From contig JBLWTJ010000001.1 of the NCBI GenBank assembly GCA_048270185.1, positions 928,001 through 992,000 of the forward strand: 64,000 nt of DNA, read 5' to 3'. A model generated the notes under the pieces. The model was not told the DNA's origin and searched no databases. It saw only the letters and a program-made list of their open reading frames with translations. Both the position numbers and the translations under genes were made by a program. The number at the start of each line of letters is the position of its first letter. Position 1 is the first letter of the stretch. The stretch is from Bacteriovoracaceae bacterium (lineage in GTDB: Bacteria > Bdellovibrionota > Bacteriovoracia > Bacteriovoracales > Bacteriovoracaceae). Positions 9,674 to 18,665 of this stretch are shown here, piece after piece.

Positions 9674-10786
9674 ATGAGAACACTCTGGCTTAGACATGAA
9701 ACGAAACCATTCGAAGAGCGCTGTGCTTTAACGCCACAGTCTGCTGAAATTCTAAGAAGCCTGGGTCACGAAGTCATTATTGAACGCTCTCCAACTCGTA
9801 TCTTTAAAGATGAGGAATATGAGGCCCTCGGCTTAAAAATGATGCCGGCCAACTCGTGGATTAATTTTGCTCCTTCAAATGCCTATATTCTAGGCCTGAA
9901 AGAGCTTGATGATGAAGATTTTGCCCTCACTCATCGCCATATTCACTTTGCCCATGTCTATAAGAACCAAAACGGTTCACAAAAGATGCTTGATCGCTTC
10001 TTTCAAGGAGATGGGAAACTCTTTGATCTTGAATACCTAACAGATACTAATGGCAAGCGTATAGCGGCCTTTGGTAAATGGGCCGGATTTGTTGGTGCAG
10101 CTATTGGCCTTAAGAATTGGATTTGCCAACAACGTGGAGAGGACTTCAATAAGTATGGACCTCTAAAGTCTTACCCAACTCAATTTGAGCTTGTAAATGA
10201 AGTTTCAAAGGAGTTAACTGCATTAGGTAAGAAGCCAAGAGTTCTTGTTATTGGTCACCGTGGACGATGTGGACAAGGTGCCAAAGAATTTTTATCTCTA
10301 GTTGGAGTAGAAACGACAGCTTGGGGACGCCAAGAAACAAGTGTAGAAAGACCAATTCGTGCGATTCTTGACTTTGATATTCTTGTTAATTGTACTCTTA
10401 ATACAAAGAAGGCCCAACCTTTCTTGAATTTGGAAATCTTAGAGGAAGAAAGAAACCTAAGTGTTATCTCTGATGTTAGTTGTGATCCGACTGGCCCTTG
10501 TAACCCTCTACCGATCTATCCAGATATTACAACAATTGATACTCCAACAATTAAAGTTGCAACTTCTAATCTCTTAGAAGTAACGGCTATCGATCACTTA
10601 CCATCTCTGCTTCCAAGAGAAAGTACACAAGAGTATGTGGAACAACTTCTGCCTCATCTTATCAATTTACTTGATGGAAGAATTGAAAACTCTCCATGGG
10701 AGAGATCACTTGAGTGGTTTTATCGCAAGACATTTGAATTAGGACTAGAGAAGAGACCTGTCGATGAATCGACACTTCTTATGTAA
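9674..10786 (+). CDS. Saccharopine dehydrogenase (NAD+, L-lysine-forming; LYS1-type, AlaDh/PNT fold)
   Basis: LWLRHETKPFEERCALTP, ILGLKEL, HIHFAHVYKNQ, DLEYL, IGHRGRCGQGA, DVSCD, AIDHLPSLLPRES; start placed at ATG 9674, 10 nt after AAGGAG. Confidence 0.88.
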   Translation: MRTLWLRHETKPFEERCALTPQSAEILRSLGHEVIIERSPTRIFKDEEYEALGLKMMPANSWINFAPSNAYILGLKELDDEDFALTHRHIHFAHVYKNQNGSQKMLDRFFQGDGKLFDLEYLTDTNGKRIAAFGKWAGFVGAAIGLKNWICQQRGEDFNKYGPLKSYPTQFELVNEVSKELTALGKKPRVLVIGHRGRCGQGAKEFLSLVGVETTAWGRQETSVERPIRAILDFDILVNCTLNTKKAQPFLNLEILEEERNLSVISDVSCDPTGPCNPLPIYPDITTIDTPTIKVATSNLLEVTAIDHLPSLLPRESTQEYVEQLLPHLINLLDGRIENSPWERSLEWFYRKTFELGLEKRPVDESTLLM

Positions 10787-11592
10787 TCTAAGATTTCTTT
10801 GACTTCATCGTAATCTTTAAAGTTTTGATATTTCTCGTAACCACGTAGTAGGTATTCGGATTTCTTTGTGCAGATTTTGCAAAGACTCTCTAAGCGTTCT
10901 TGGTTTAATCTGCGATTCTTAGCAATCCAGGCCATGCTCTTTACTCTCCAGTAATCCATCGCAAAGAACTTAAACGAGAGTTGATCATCGTGTCCGCCAT
11001 TTTTGATAATCAGCTCCTCTTCGATAAAATCAATTTCATAAAGTGAAGTAAGTTTTAGCCAAAAATCATAGTCTTCACAAACCACAAAGTCTTCGCGCAT
11101 TCCTTCCAATTCTCGATAGAGGGATTTCTCCATAAGAGAAGTTGAAGGTGAGATAACACAATTAGCGAGGCTTCGAATAAACATGTCACCACCGTGCTTT
11201 TGATGAGATTTCTTTTGTTTGACGACTTCACCATCTCTCATCCATTTTTCGGCGGTATGAATAAAGCGACTACGAGACTGACTAATTTTAGAAATTTGCT
11301 TTTCTAATTTCGAAGGTAACCATTCATCATCAGAGTCTAAGAAAGCAATGTAGTCATAATTTGCATTTTCAACACCAGTATTTCTAGCACTCGATACCCC
11401 AGCATTATCTTGATAGATATAAGTCAGTCGTGAATCATTAAATGACTGTACGATTTCTTCAGTCTCATCTGTTGATCCATCATCAACAATTATTACTTCT
11501 AATTCTTTTAAGCTTTGATTTAAAACGGAATTAATAGCACGCCCTATAAAGCGTGCTCGATTAAATGTAGGAATGATAACACTTGCAACCAC
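10720..11592 (-). CDS. Glycosyltransferase family 2
   Basis: SVIIPTFNR, VDDGSTD, NAGVSSARN, FLDSDD, CEDYDFW. Confidence 0.9.
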   Translation of the reverse strand: MVASVIIPTFNRARFIGRAINSVLNQSLKELEVIIVDDGSTDETEEIVQSFNDSRLTYIYQDNAGVSSARNTGVENANYDYIAFLDSDDEWLPSKLEKQISKISQSRSRFIHTAEKWMRDGEVVKQKKSHQKHGGDMFIRSLANCVISPSTSLMEKSLYRELEGMREDFVVCEDYDFWLKLTSLYEIDFIEEELIIKNGGHDDQLSFKFFAMDYWRVKSMAWIAKNRRLNQERLESLCKICTKKSEYLLRGYEKYQNFKDYDEVKEILDYIRSVDSSTGLFSSPNSNVLR

Positions 11593-12515
11593 TAGCTTAC
11601 ACTTTTGATAATCTCGGCCAGCATCTCAGGTGTTACTTTCTTCTCCAGAGAATTAAGCACTCCATCAAGTTGTGCCATATTTCTAGCGCCACAAAGAACA
11701 GTGCTTAGTTCATCATGAGAAAGATTAAAATGTATTGCAAAGTCGAGCCCTGTTAGCCCCTGCTCTTTTAATGCCGGTTGCATACGCTCAACAATATCGT
11801 AGCGAGATTCTTTATCCATGGCCTTCCACCAAGGGGCCCATGAACGACAATCTGACTTATCAAATTTACGATCACGATTGACTCGTCCAGTAAGAATTCC
11901 CTTATCAAGAGTTCCCCAACTCATTAGGCTTAGATCTTGATCTTTGATTATTGGGAATAAGTCTTTTTTAATATCTTGTTCAAAGAAGTTAAATTGTGAC
12001 TGTAGAACTTCAACACGGTCAACTTCACTTGCTTTAACAAATTCATCTTCATTTGTATTACAAAGTCCGATATGCTTAATTTTTCCTTCAAGTTTAGCCT
12101 TTGCTAAGACTTCCATTGTGTCACGAATATCAACATTTTCATCAGGCCAGTGAACCATATAGAGATCGATATAATCAGTTTGTAGATCTCTTAATGATTG
12201 CTCAATCATTTTACGAGTAATGACTGGATCATTTGTCATATCAACGCGTTTATTTTCATGCCAAGTCACTCCTGACTTTGAAACAATAAATACTTTCTCG
12301 CGATTATTTTTGAAGGCCTTACCAATTCTCTTTTCACTTTCACCAAATCCATAGATCGGCGCCGTATCAAAAATTTTGACTCCGCGATCAAAGGCGTATT
12401 CAAGAAGCGAGATTGCATCTGCTTCTGAAATATCACCAAACCCATAACCTGCGCCCTCGCCTGAGATACTTGCGCCACCAAATGCAAAATTTCCATACTG
12501 ATCTAATATTTTCAT
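11592..12515 (-). CDS. Aldo/keto reductase
   Basis: FDTAPIYGFGESE, SKSG, SLRDLQTDYIDLYMVHWPD, GKIKHIGLCN. Confidence 0.9.
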   Translation of the reverse strand: MKILDQYGNFAFGGASISGEGAGYGFGDISEADAISLLEYAFDRGVKIFDTAPIYGFGESEKRIGKAFKNNREKVFIVSKSGVTWHENKRVDMTNDPVITRKMIEQSLRDLQTDYIDLYMVHWPDENVDIRDTMEVLAKAKLEGKIKHIGLCNTNEDEFVKASEVDRVEVLQSQFNFFEQDIKKDLFPIIKDQDLSLMSWGTLDKGILTGRVNRDRKFDKSDCRSWAPWWKAMDKESRYDIVERMQPALKEQGLTGLDFAIHFNLSHDELSTVLCGARNMAQLDGVLNSLEKKVTPEMLAEIIKSVS

Positions 12516-12589
12516 ATTTAATGTCTATCCAGTTAGCCTCAATGCGTAAAGACTTGACGCACCGTCAGGATAAGCGTTATTTCTGGGAT

Positions 12590-13606
12590 ATGGAATTACT
12601 AGTATTTGCACACCGCGGCGAGGCCCAAAGCTTTCTTAAAGAGTTAAGTTTTAAGTCACACCCGCAATTCAATGATCTCTACCTTGGTAGTGAAGCTGCT
12701 CTCATAATTACAGGTGAAGGATACTTTAATGTTATCACTTCCCTATCCAGAGCTCTTGGAATTTTAGGTGATGAAATATCAAGTATAGTGAATCTTGGAA
12801 TATGTGCGGCCTTTGATGAAGGTATCGAAGCTGGAGAAGTTCATCCTATACGAACAATCTATGGCCAAGATGAGTTCAAAAGCTTTCAAACACAAAATAC
12901 TCAAGCAAGACTTGATATTATCACGGCCAAAGAACGCGTCTTAAATCTTGAGCTAGCACAAAACCTAAAGTGCTTTGCACCTCTAGCTGACCGTGAAGCA
13001 TGGGCCGTAGGTTTCGTTGCCAAACAAGCAGGCCTTCCCATTTATTGTTATAAACTAATTTCAGACCATGTCAGTGATGCTCCAATTTGTGAATATATTA
13101 AAGAACTGGCCCTTGATTACTCTAGTGATCTTCTGCGCTTTTATTTAAATTTATCAAATCCTAAGCGTGAAGAGGCCATTGAGAATCCATTTATGTGTGA
13201 TGATAATTTCTACTTCACTGTTTCGATGGAGCGAGAAGTAACAAATCTCATCAAGCAATTATGTGTTAAAAATGAGTGGAGATTTGAAGAGATTCTTAAT
13301 CACACTGAAGTTGAAAAGCTTAGAGACTTAGAGACAACACCTAAGAAGAGGGCCCAGGGCCTAAGAGATCTTTTAAAAGAGATGCTCTACCCGACTCGAA
13401 CTAAAATTATTCAGCAGTTAAATGACTTTTTAAATGAAAGTGGTTTTCGAAATGGTGAACTTGCCTTTGACCCATCACTTGAAAAAGTTAACTTAAATTT
13501 GAAGTCAGTTATTAAAGACGAAAAGCAATTACTTCATTTAAGCACCAGACTTTCAAAAATTGATTGGAAGAGATTTGAAGCAATTATGAATGGAGAGCTT
13601 CTTTGA
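12590..13606 (+). CDS. Nucleoside phosphorylase/MTAN-fold protein with C-terminal extension
   Basis: AHRGEA, IITGEG, VNLGICA, DREA, KLISD; start moved to ATG 12590 because the longer ORF overlaps the divergent gene. Confidence 0.6.
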   Translation: MELLVFAHRGEAQSFLKELSFKSHPQFNDLYLGSEAALIITGEGYFNVITSLSRALGILGDEISSIVNLGICAAFDEGIEAGEVHPIRTIYGQDEFKSFQTQNTQARLDIITAKERVLNLELAQNLKCFAPLADREAWAVGFVAKQAGLPIYCYKLISDHVSDAPICEYIKELALDYSSDLLRFYLNLSNPKREEAIENPFMCDDNFYFTVSMEREVTNLIKQLCVKNEWRFEEILNHTEVEKLRDLETTPKKRAQGLRDLLKEMLYPTRTKIIQQLNDFLNESGFRNGELAFDPSLEKVNLNLKSVIKDEKQLLHLSTRLSKIDWKRFEAIMNGELL

Positions 13607-14604
13607 AAATTGAAAAAATATTCATTGAAGATGAGGCTAAGAATAGTCCTCAGGCGCTTTCAATCCCAGCGCGTTTTCCAAAGGCACAAGTACAGGTCAT
13701 TAAAGATCATGCTCAAGTCTGGGGGCGAGTTAAGAAGCCATATCTACAAAAGAGGGATTCTCTAAATCTCTTTATTGCCCATAAGAAAGGTACTCTTGTT
13801 AAGCAAGCACCTGATGCCTATGGGCTCTCAGGAGAGCCTCATTACTATTTCATCCATGCCTATAATTGTATTTACGAATGTGATTATTGCTACCTTCAAG
13901 GTTATTTTAATACTCCCGACTTGGTTCTCTTTGTTAATCACCAAGAAATTATCGAAAGTATGCAAGAGCTAGTGGATAGTAGCACTGGAAATATATGGTT
14001 TCATGCTGGGGAGTTTAGTGATTCATTGGCACTTACTCATCTTACGGGAGAGCTTAATTTCTACCATGAATTTGCAAAGAATAACCCACGTGCCTATATT
14101 GAGCTTCGAACAAAGTCGGCCAATATAAAAGAGCTTTTAAAGCTTAGTCCACTACCTAATTTCATTACTTCTTTCTCATTATCACCAAAAGATAAAGTAA
14201 AGAGTCACGATTTAAAAACACCAAGCCTTGCGGCAAGGCTTAAGGCCATTGAAAAACTCTATCAAGCAGGGCATCCAATTGGCATTCATCTTGACCCAGT
14301 CATTCATAGCGATAATTTCAAAGATGAATACGAAGAGCTCATAGGCGAATTATCCAAAGTCATTCCACTTAATGAAATTGAGTATATTTCGATTGGGGTC
14401 GTGCGCTTCACGAAAGATGTCTACAATCAAGTGAAGATGAATTATCCACAAACGACATACTTTCATTCAGAACTAACTAAAGGTGAAGATGGAAAGATTC
14501 GCTACCCGAGACCGATGCGCTATTGGATACTAGGGACAATTAAAGATATGTGCTTAAAGGCCGGGGCAATTGAAGAGTCAGTTTACCTTTGTATGGAAGA
14601 GTAA
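13603..14604 (+). CDS. Spore photoproduct lyase-like radical SAM protein
   Basis: NCIYECDYCYLQG (CxxxCxxC), GEFSDSLA, ELRTKS, SFSLSP, ARLKA, HLDPVI, YLCME C-terminus; 4-nt overlap with the upstream gene. Confidence 0.85.
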   Translation: MKIEKIFIEDEAKNSPQALSIPARFPKAQVQVIKDHAQVWGRVKKPYLQKRDSLNLFIAHKKGTLVKQAPDAYGLSGEPHYYFIHAYNCIYECDYCYLQGYFNTPDLVLFVNHQEIIESMQELVDSSTGNIWFHAGEFSDSLALTHLTGELNFYHEFAKNNPRAYIELRTKSANIKELLKLSPLPNFITSFSLSPKDKVKSHDLKTPSLAARLKAIEKLYQAGHPIGIHLDPVIHSDNFKDEYEELIGELSKVIPLNEIEYISIGVVRFTKDVYNQVKMNYPQTTYFHSELTKGEDGKIRYPRPMRYWILGTIKDMCLKAGAIEESVYLCMEE

Positions 14605-14609
14605 ATTCT

Positions 14610-15566
14610 TTATTCCTCAATGAATTCATCAAAATTAGCATAGATTACATCCATCAACTCTGCGGCCAGTGCTCTTTGACGAGTACGGTAATCTCGGTAG
14701 ACATCACCAGGACGAACAAGCTTATCAGTATCAGAAGATTTAGAGCTATATTTTTCATATTCGGCCGTCATGGCATCATAGACTTCCTCTAATGTTGCTC
14801 GGTATTCACTTGAGCGTCCAGATAGATTTCCCATTCCCTTCATTAGAGAAAGGGCCATAAGAGTGTTATCTTGTAGACTATCGACTTCAAGGGAATCAAG
14901 AAGACTATTTGTCATAACAGATAGAACTTGTGCTTTTTGTAGATCTGTTAGTTCCCCTTCCCTAGCAAGATCGACAATACTTTCTACAAAGATCGTTAAA
15001 TTAGTTTGGCGACATATCGAGTCCGTCGCTCTTAAGATTCTTGAGAAATCTTCAGTTTTTATCTCATCATAATTATCCAGAACTTCTTGGGCACGCTGTG
15101 GAAATTTACGAGCATCAACTCGACCTTGTGAACTTTCATATAAAGACATGGCCTGGCCAAAGATCTGGGCAAGTGAATCGCGACTAGAATAGAAAGTACT
15201 TTTTGAATCAATAATCGCATCACGTGGCAGAAGATCGTTAATTGTCACTTCACAGTCCGCATTTGCTGATTTAAGAGCTTCAATTTCAACCTGCAGCTCA
15301 GACAGAGCACCATCACCAAATTGACCAGCGTTAACTACTGCAACCTTGTCACTACTTCTCTTGTAGTCATTATTGTCGTGATATTCTTTGCGAGGAACGA
15401 ATTTCTTCTGAAGTCTCTTATTTGTAAAATGAATTGAACGAGTACTTTCATTGTGATGTTCTCTCACCATTTTGGGACGATATTCGTCATTATACGTTTG
15501 ATATAGATAGTAAATGGCACCCAAGACGGCCAAGACGAATGAGAACAATAAAATTCGTTTCTTCAC
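14610..15566 (-). CDS. Hypothetical membrane-anchored protein
   Basis: Long ORF with one N-terminal TM helix; GTG at 15566 preceded by GAGGA. Confidence 0.6.
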   Translation of the reverse strand: MKKRILLFSFVLAVLGAIYYLYQTYNDEYRPKMVREHHNESTRSIHFTNKRLQKKFVPRKEYHDNNDYKRSSDKVAVVNAGQFGDGALSELQVEIEALKSANADCEVTINDLLPRDAIIDSKSTFYSSRDSLAQIFGQAMSLYESSQGRVDARKFPQRAQEVLDNYDEIKTEDFSRILRATDSICRQTNLTIFVESIVDLAREGELTDLQKAQVLSVMTNSLLDSLEVDSLQDNTLMALSLMKGMGNLSGRSSEYRATLEEVYDAMTAEYEKYSSKSSDTDKLVRPGDVYRDYRTRQRALAAELMDVIYANFDEFIEE

Positions 15567-15719
15567 AAAAGTCTTCCTCGAAGATTGATACAACCATGTA
15601 AGTGGCTAAAATTACGAAACTCTCTTCATATATGATAGCTAGAGATTGTTGCTATGTCCAAATATCTTTGATATTTGAAGTAAAAACGATGGGATATTAA
15701 GCAATTTGCACAAAAATGG

Positions 15720-15748
15720 TTGCACTTTTATGACGTTATGTTTATATT
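15720..15748 (+). promoter_or_regulatory. Sigma70-type promoter of rpmB
   Basis: TTGCAC-17 bp-TATATT. Confidence 0.6.
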
Positions 15749-15808
15749 CTACAACCTAATAACCCATATATTAATGTAGAGTTTATATAAATAAATAAGG
15801 ATGAAGTG

Positions 15809-16045
15809 ATGGCACGTACATGTGATTTAACAGGAAAGAGAAGACTTATTGGTAACAAAGTTTCTCACGCTAAAAACAGAACTAAAATGGCTCAAAAACC
15901 AAACCTTCAAACAAAGAGAGTTTTTGATCCTGTAACTGGTGAAACAATCAAGCTTAAGCTTTCAACTAGAGCAATCAGAACTCTAGATAAAGTTGGTTCA
16001 CTATCTAAGTTCCTAAAGAAATATAAGCACCTTTGGAACGCTTAA
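15809..16045 (+). CDS. rpmB: 50S ribosomal protein L28
   Basis: MARTCDLTGK..GNKVSHAKNRTK..KPNLQ..LKLSTRAIRTLDK. Confidence 0.95.
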   Translation: MARTCDLTGKRRLIGNKVSHAKNRTKMAQKPNLQTKRVFDPVTGETIKLKLSTRAIRTLDKVGSLSKFLKKYKHLWNA

Positions 16046-16078
16046 TTTAGATTTTAAGAATTTCGATTCATATAAAAG

Positions 16079-16112
16079 AAAAGGCCAGCATTAAGCTGGC
16101 CTTTTTATTTTT
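16079..16112. terminator. Bidirectional intrinsic terminator
   Basis: aaaaggccagc-attaa-gctggcctttt between convergent rpmB and the S8 peptidase gene. Confidence 0.85.
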
Positions 16113-16129
16113 ATAATTTCTATTTTGAA

Positions 16130-17821
16130 TTAGTACTGAACATCTACTTGATCAATAACGAATCCCCAGTTTTGAACTGAACGATCTGATTTGAAAACTA
16201 GCTTTAGAGTATCACCTTCTGCGAAGAATGAAGTGTAGTTCTCACCTGCACCAGTAATAGTCTCAACTAGAGCACCTTTAGAGTCTCTAACTTCGATGAA
16301 GTCATAACGATTCTCAAGATCAAATTTACGAACTCTAACTCTCATGAACTTAGCACCTTCAACTGAATAAGTAGTTTCTAGTGTTTGGTTTTCTGAGTAT
16401 GGGTGAGCTGATTCAAAAGTAGTTACATCAACTGTTTCCCAATCTTCTGGATTTGGTTCGTTTCTTTCTGGAATTGTATCCGTAAGTAGGTTGTAAGCAT
16501 TGATACGACCAGAGTTAATTGTCTTTCCTCTTAGAGCAGCAACTGGATCAGAAGTTACCATTACTTTATTTCTAATTTGTAGTGGAGTTAGATCTTTGTT
16601 CTGAGCAAGTAGAAGACCGATTACACCAGAAACGTGTGGAGTTGCCATTGAAGTTCCTGAGTAAGAAGCGTATCCACCATTTTTAACAGTTGATAGGATC
16701 TCATGTCCTGGAGCACCAATATGTACAGTTGAACGTCCGTAACAAGAGAAGCTTGCTAGTTCATCAGCAGCAGTTGTAGCTGCAACAGAGATAACGTTAT
16801 CGACATTATAATTTGATGGGTAGTGTGGTCTTGAATCGTTATCAGTTGAAGAGTTACCAGCAGCTGCAGTAAATACGATTCCTGCTTCATTAGCTCTTTC
16901 GATTGCTTCTTGAAGAGCTTGTGAGCGTCCGCCCCCACCCCAAGAGTTTGACATTAGATCTACACCAATTTTTGTAGCGTAATCAATTGACTTGATTGCT
17001 GCTTCAGTTGAACCAGAACCGCTATCTGTTAGGAACTTAACTGCTACAAATTGTACATCTCTCATTACCCCAGCAACACCAATTGCGTTGTGTGAAGCAC
17101 CGATTGTACCAGCACAGTGAGTACCGTGTGAGTGACCATCAATTGGATCACCATCATTATTTGCGAAGTCATATCCATGAACGTCATCGATATATCCGTT
17201 TCCGTCATCATCAATTCCGTTACCTGGAATCTCACCTTCGTTTACCCACATTTGATCTCTAAGATCTGGGTGGTTGTAATCAATCCCAGTGTCAATTACT
17301 GCGATCTTGATAGCACGATCACCTTGAGTAATTTCCCAAGCTCTTAATGCATCAACGTCAGCACCTTCAACACCTGAAACACTTCTTGGACCATTTGACC
17401 CTGTGTTTTTTAGACCCCAAAGTTGTCCAAATTTTTCATCAGCTGGCGTGTAGTAAACACCTCTATCTGTATTTGAGTAGCTAAGAATTTCTTCTAGTAC
17501 ATTTGTATGAACGATTGGCTTAACAATTGAATAAATAAAGTTAGGCTCTGCATATTCAACTTCTTCGTTCTCATTCATTTGCTTTGCTAAAGCATCAATT
17601 GAAACGAGAGACTCATTGAATTTTACAACATAAAGATCACCTGAACTTAATTCGATTTTACGATCAAGTGATGAACCTAGAAATGATTGTCCAAAGAAGC
17701 TTTCTGCTTTTACCGACTTCTTAAGCTTAACAATAAGCTCACCTGGAACGTGTTCTGCTGCTAGCGGAGAAAGGGCCATCGCTGAAACAACAACCGGTGC
17801 TAGAAATGATTTGATTTTCAT
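16130..17821 (-). CDS. Secreted S8 (subtilisin) serine peptidase with propeptide and C-terminal CUB-like domain
   Basis: AVIDTG, HGTHCAG, AAAGN, SGTSMATPHV catalytic motifs; signal peptide; ESAHPY..FDLE..YD..FKSD.SV..WGF CUB-like tail. Confidence 0.93.
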   Translation of the reverse strand: MKIKSFLAPVVVSAMALSPLAAEHVPGELIVKLKKSVKAESFFGQSFLGSSLDRKIELSSGDLYVVKFNESLVSIDALAKQMNENEEVEYAEPNFIYSIVKPIVHTNVLEEILSYSNTDRGVYYTPADEKFGQLWGLKNTGSNGPRSVSGVEGADVDALRAWEITQGDRAIKIAVIDTGIDYNHPDLRDQMWVNEGEIPGNGIDDDGNGYIDDVHGYDFANNDGDPIDGHSHGTHCAGTIGASHNAIGVAGVMRDVQFVAVKFLTDSGSGSTEAAIKSIDYATKIGVDLMSNSWGGGGRSQALQEAIERANEAGIVFTAAAGNSSTDNDSRPHYPSNYNVDNVISVAATTAADELASFSCYGRSTVHIGAPGHEILSTVKNGGYASYSGTSMATPHVSGVIGLLLAQNKDLTPLQIRNKVMVTSDPVAALRGKTINSGRINAYNLLTDTIPERNEPNPEDWETVDVTTFESAHPYSENQTLETTYSVEGAKFMRVRVRKFDLENRYDFIEVRDSKGALVETITGAGENYTSFFAEGDTLKLVFKSDRSVQNWGFVIDQVDVQY

Positions 17822-17841
17822 TAGATCCTCCTAATCTGGAA

Positions 17842-17859
17842 TCTCCCATCCGTGAGAGA
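17842..17859 (-). promoter_or_regulatory. Candidate CsrA/RsmA binding hairpin in the S8 peptidase leader
   Basis: Minus strand UCUCUCA-CGGA-UGGGAGA places CACGGAUG in a hairpin loop just upstream of the SD. Confidence 0.55.
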
Positions 17860-17970
17860 CTTTTTTGTGTTTGTACTCTTAAATTTCGTCTGTCGATTAT
17901 TTTATCACCAATTCAGAGGCAAAAATTTCAAAACATACAAAAACATGAAAATGTGAGAAAATGTTAGTTA

Positions 17971-18645
17971 ATGATACATGGCAAAAGTGGTGACCCAGTC
18001 CTAATTAAAAGAATCAAACTTAACGTTTGGACCCTTCGAGATGAAGTCGAAGCGGCCATAAAATTGCGTTATAAAGACGGCGAAAAGCCTAATATTGATG
18101 ACCTTATCGAGGTTTATAAGGACAAAGGTGAACTCCCTATTTTAGATGAAGTTGATGAAGGTTCAGATGAACTTGATCCTCAAGCTTTAGCTGATGCGGC
18201 CATGGCCGGTGAGAATGTTACGCCGATCAAAGAGACTAAAGTTATCAAGCAATTTCTACCTGACTTACCGCAAGAAAAACTCTATGTGGGGAATCTATTG
18301 CTATCAGAATTATACATGGAAGGTATGTACTTTTTTTGTGAGAGACAATTCACTCAGGGTCAATCAATTGTTGTTGATATTCAGATCCCAAATCGTATTA
18401 TTTTGAATGGTGTCGTGGTTTTCTCTCGCGCCTTTAATATGAAAAGTCGTATTATCTCTCAAACAAGTATGCCTTTCCGTACAGGAATTAAGTTTAGTTT
18501 CCTAAAAGAGGGTGAAAGAACTCTTCTTCGTAATTTTATCAAGTCAATTGAGCCTGAAGTTGTTGAAGTAAAAGCTGCTCCGAGTGCTGCAGCTACTTCT
18601 GATGATGAAAGTGATGGGGACTTCGATATCTTTGACGATCTCTAA
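17971..18645 (+). CDS. Hypothetical protein with C-terminal PilZ-like beta-barrel
   Basis: Acidic linkers; C-terminal pattern EGMYF..F..GQSIVV..NGVVVF..RTGIKF..R..LRNFI typical of PilZ folds; canonical RxxxR not seen. Confidence 0.5.
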   Translation: MIHGKSGDPVLIKRIKLNVWTLRDEVEAAIKLRYKDGEKPNIDDLIEVYKDKGELPILDEVDEGSDELDPQALADAAMAGENVTPIKETKVIKQFLPDLPQEKLYVGNLLLSELYMEGMYFFCERQFTQGQSIVVDIQIPNRIILNGVVVFSRAFNMKSRIISQTSMPFRTGIKFSFLKEGERTLLRNFIKSIEPEVVEVKAAPSAAATSDDESDGDFDIFDDL

Positions 18646-18665
18646 TAAGAATTCTAATATTTCTT

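Noticed and set aside
9436..9693. 85-aa ORF spanning the 34-bp inverted repeat (possible leader peptide)
   Set aside because: TTG start inside the divergent gene, no SD, no lysine-codon cluster; most likely a chance ORF.
12413..12589. N-terminal extension of the 397-aa ORF
   Set aside because: Overlaps the divergent aldo/keto reductase; family-like sequence begins at ATG 12590.
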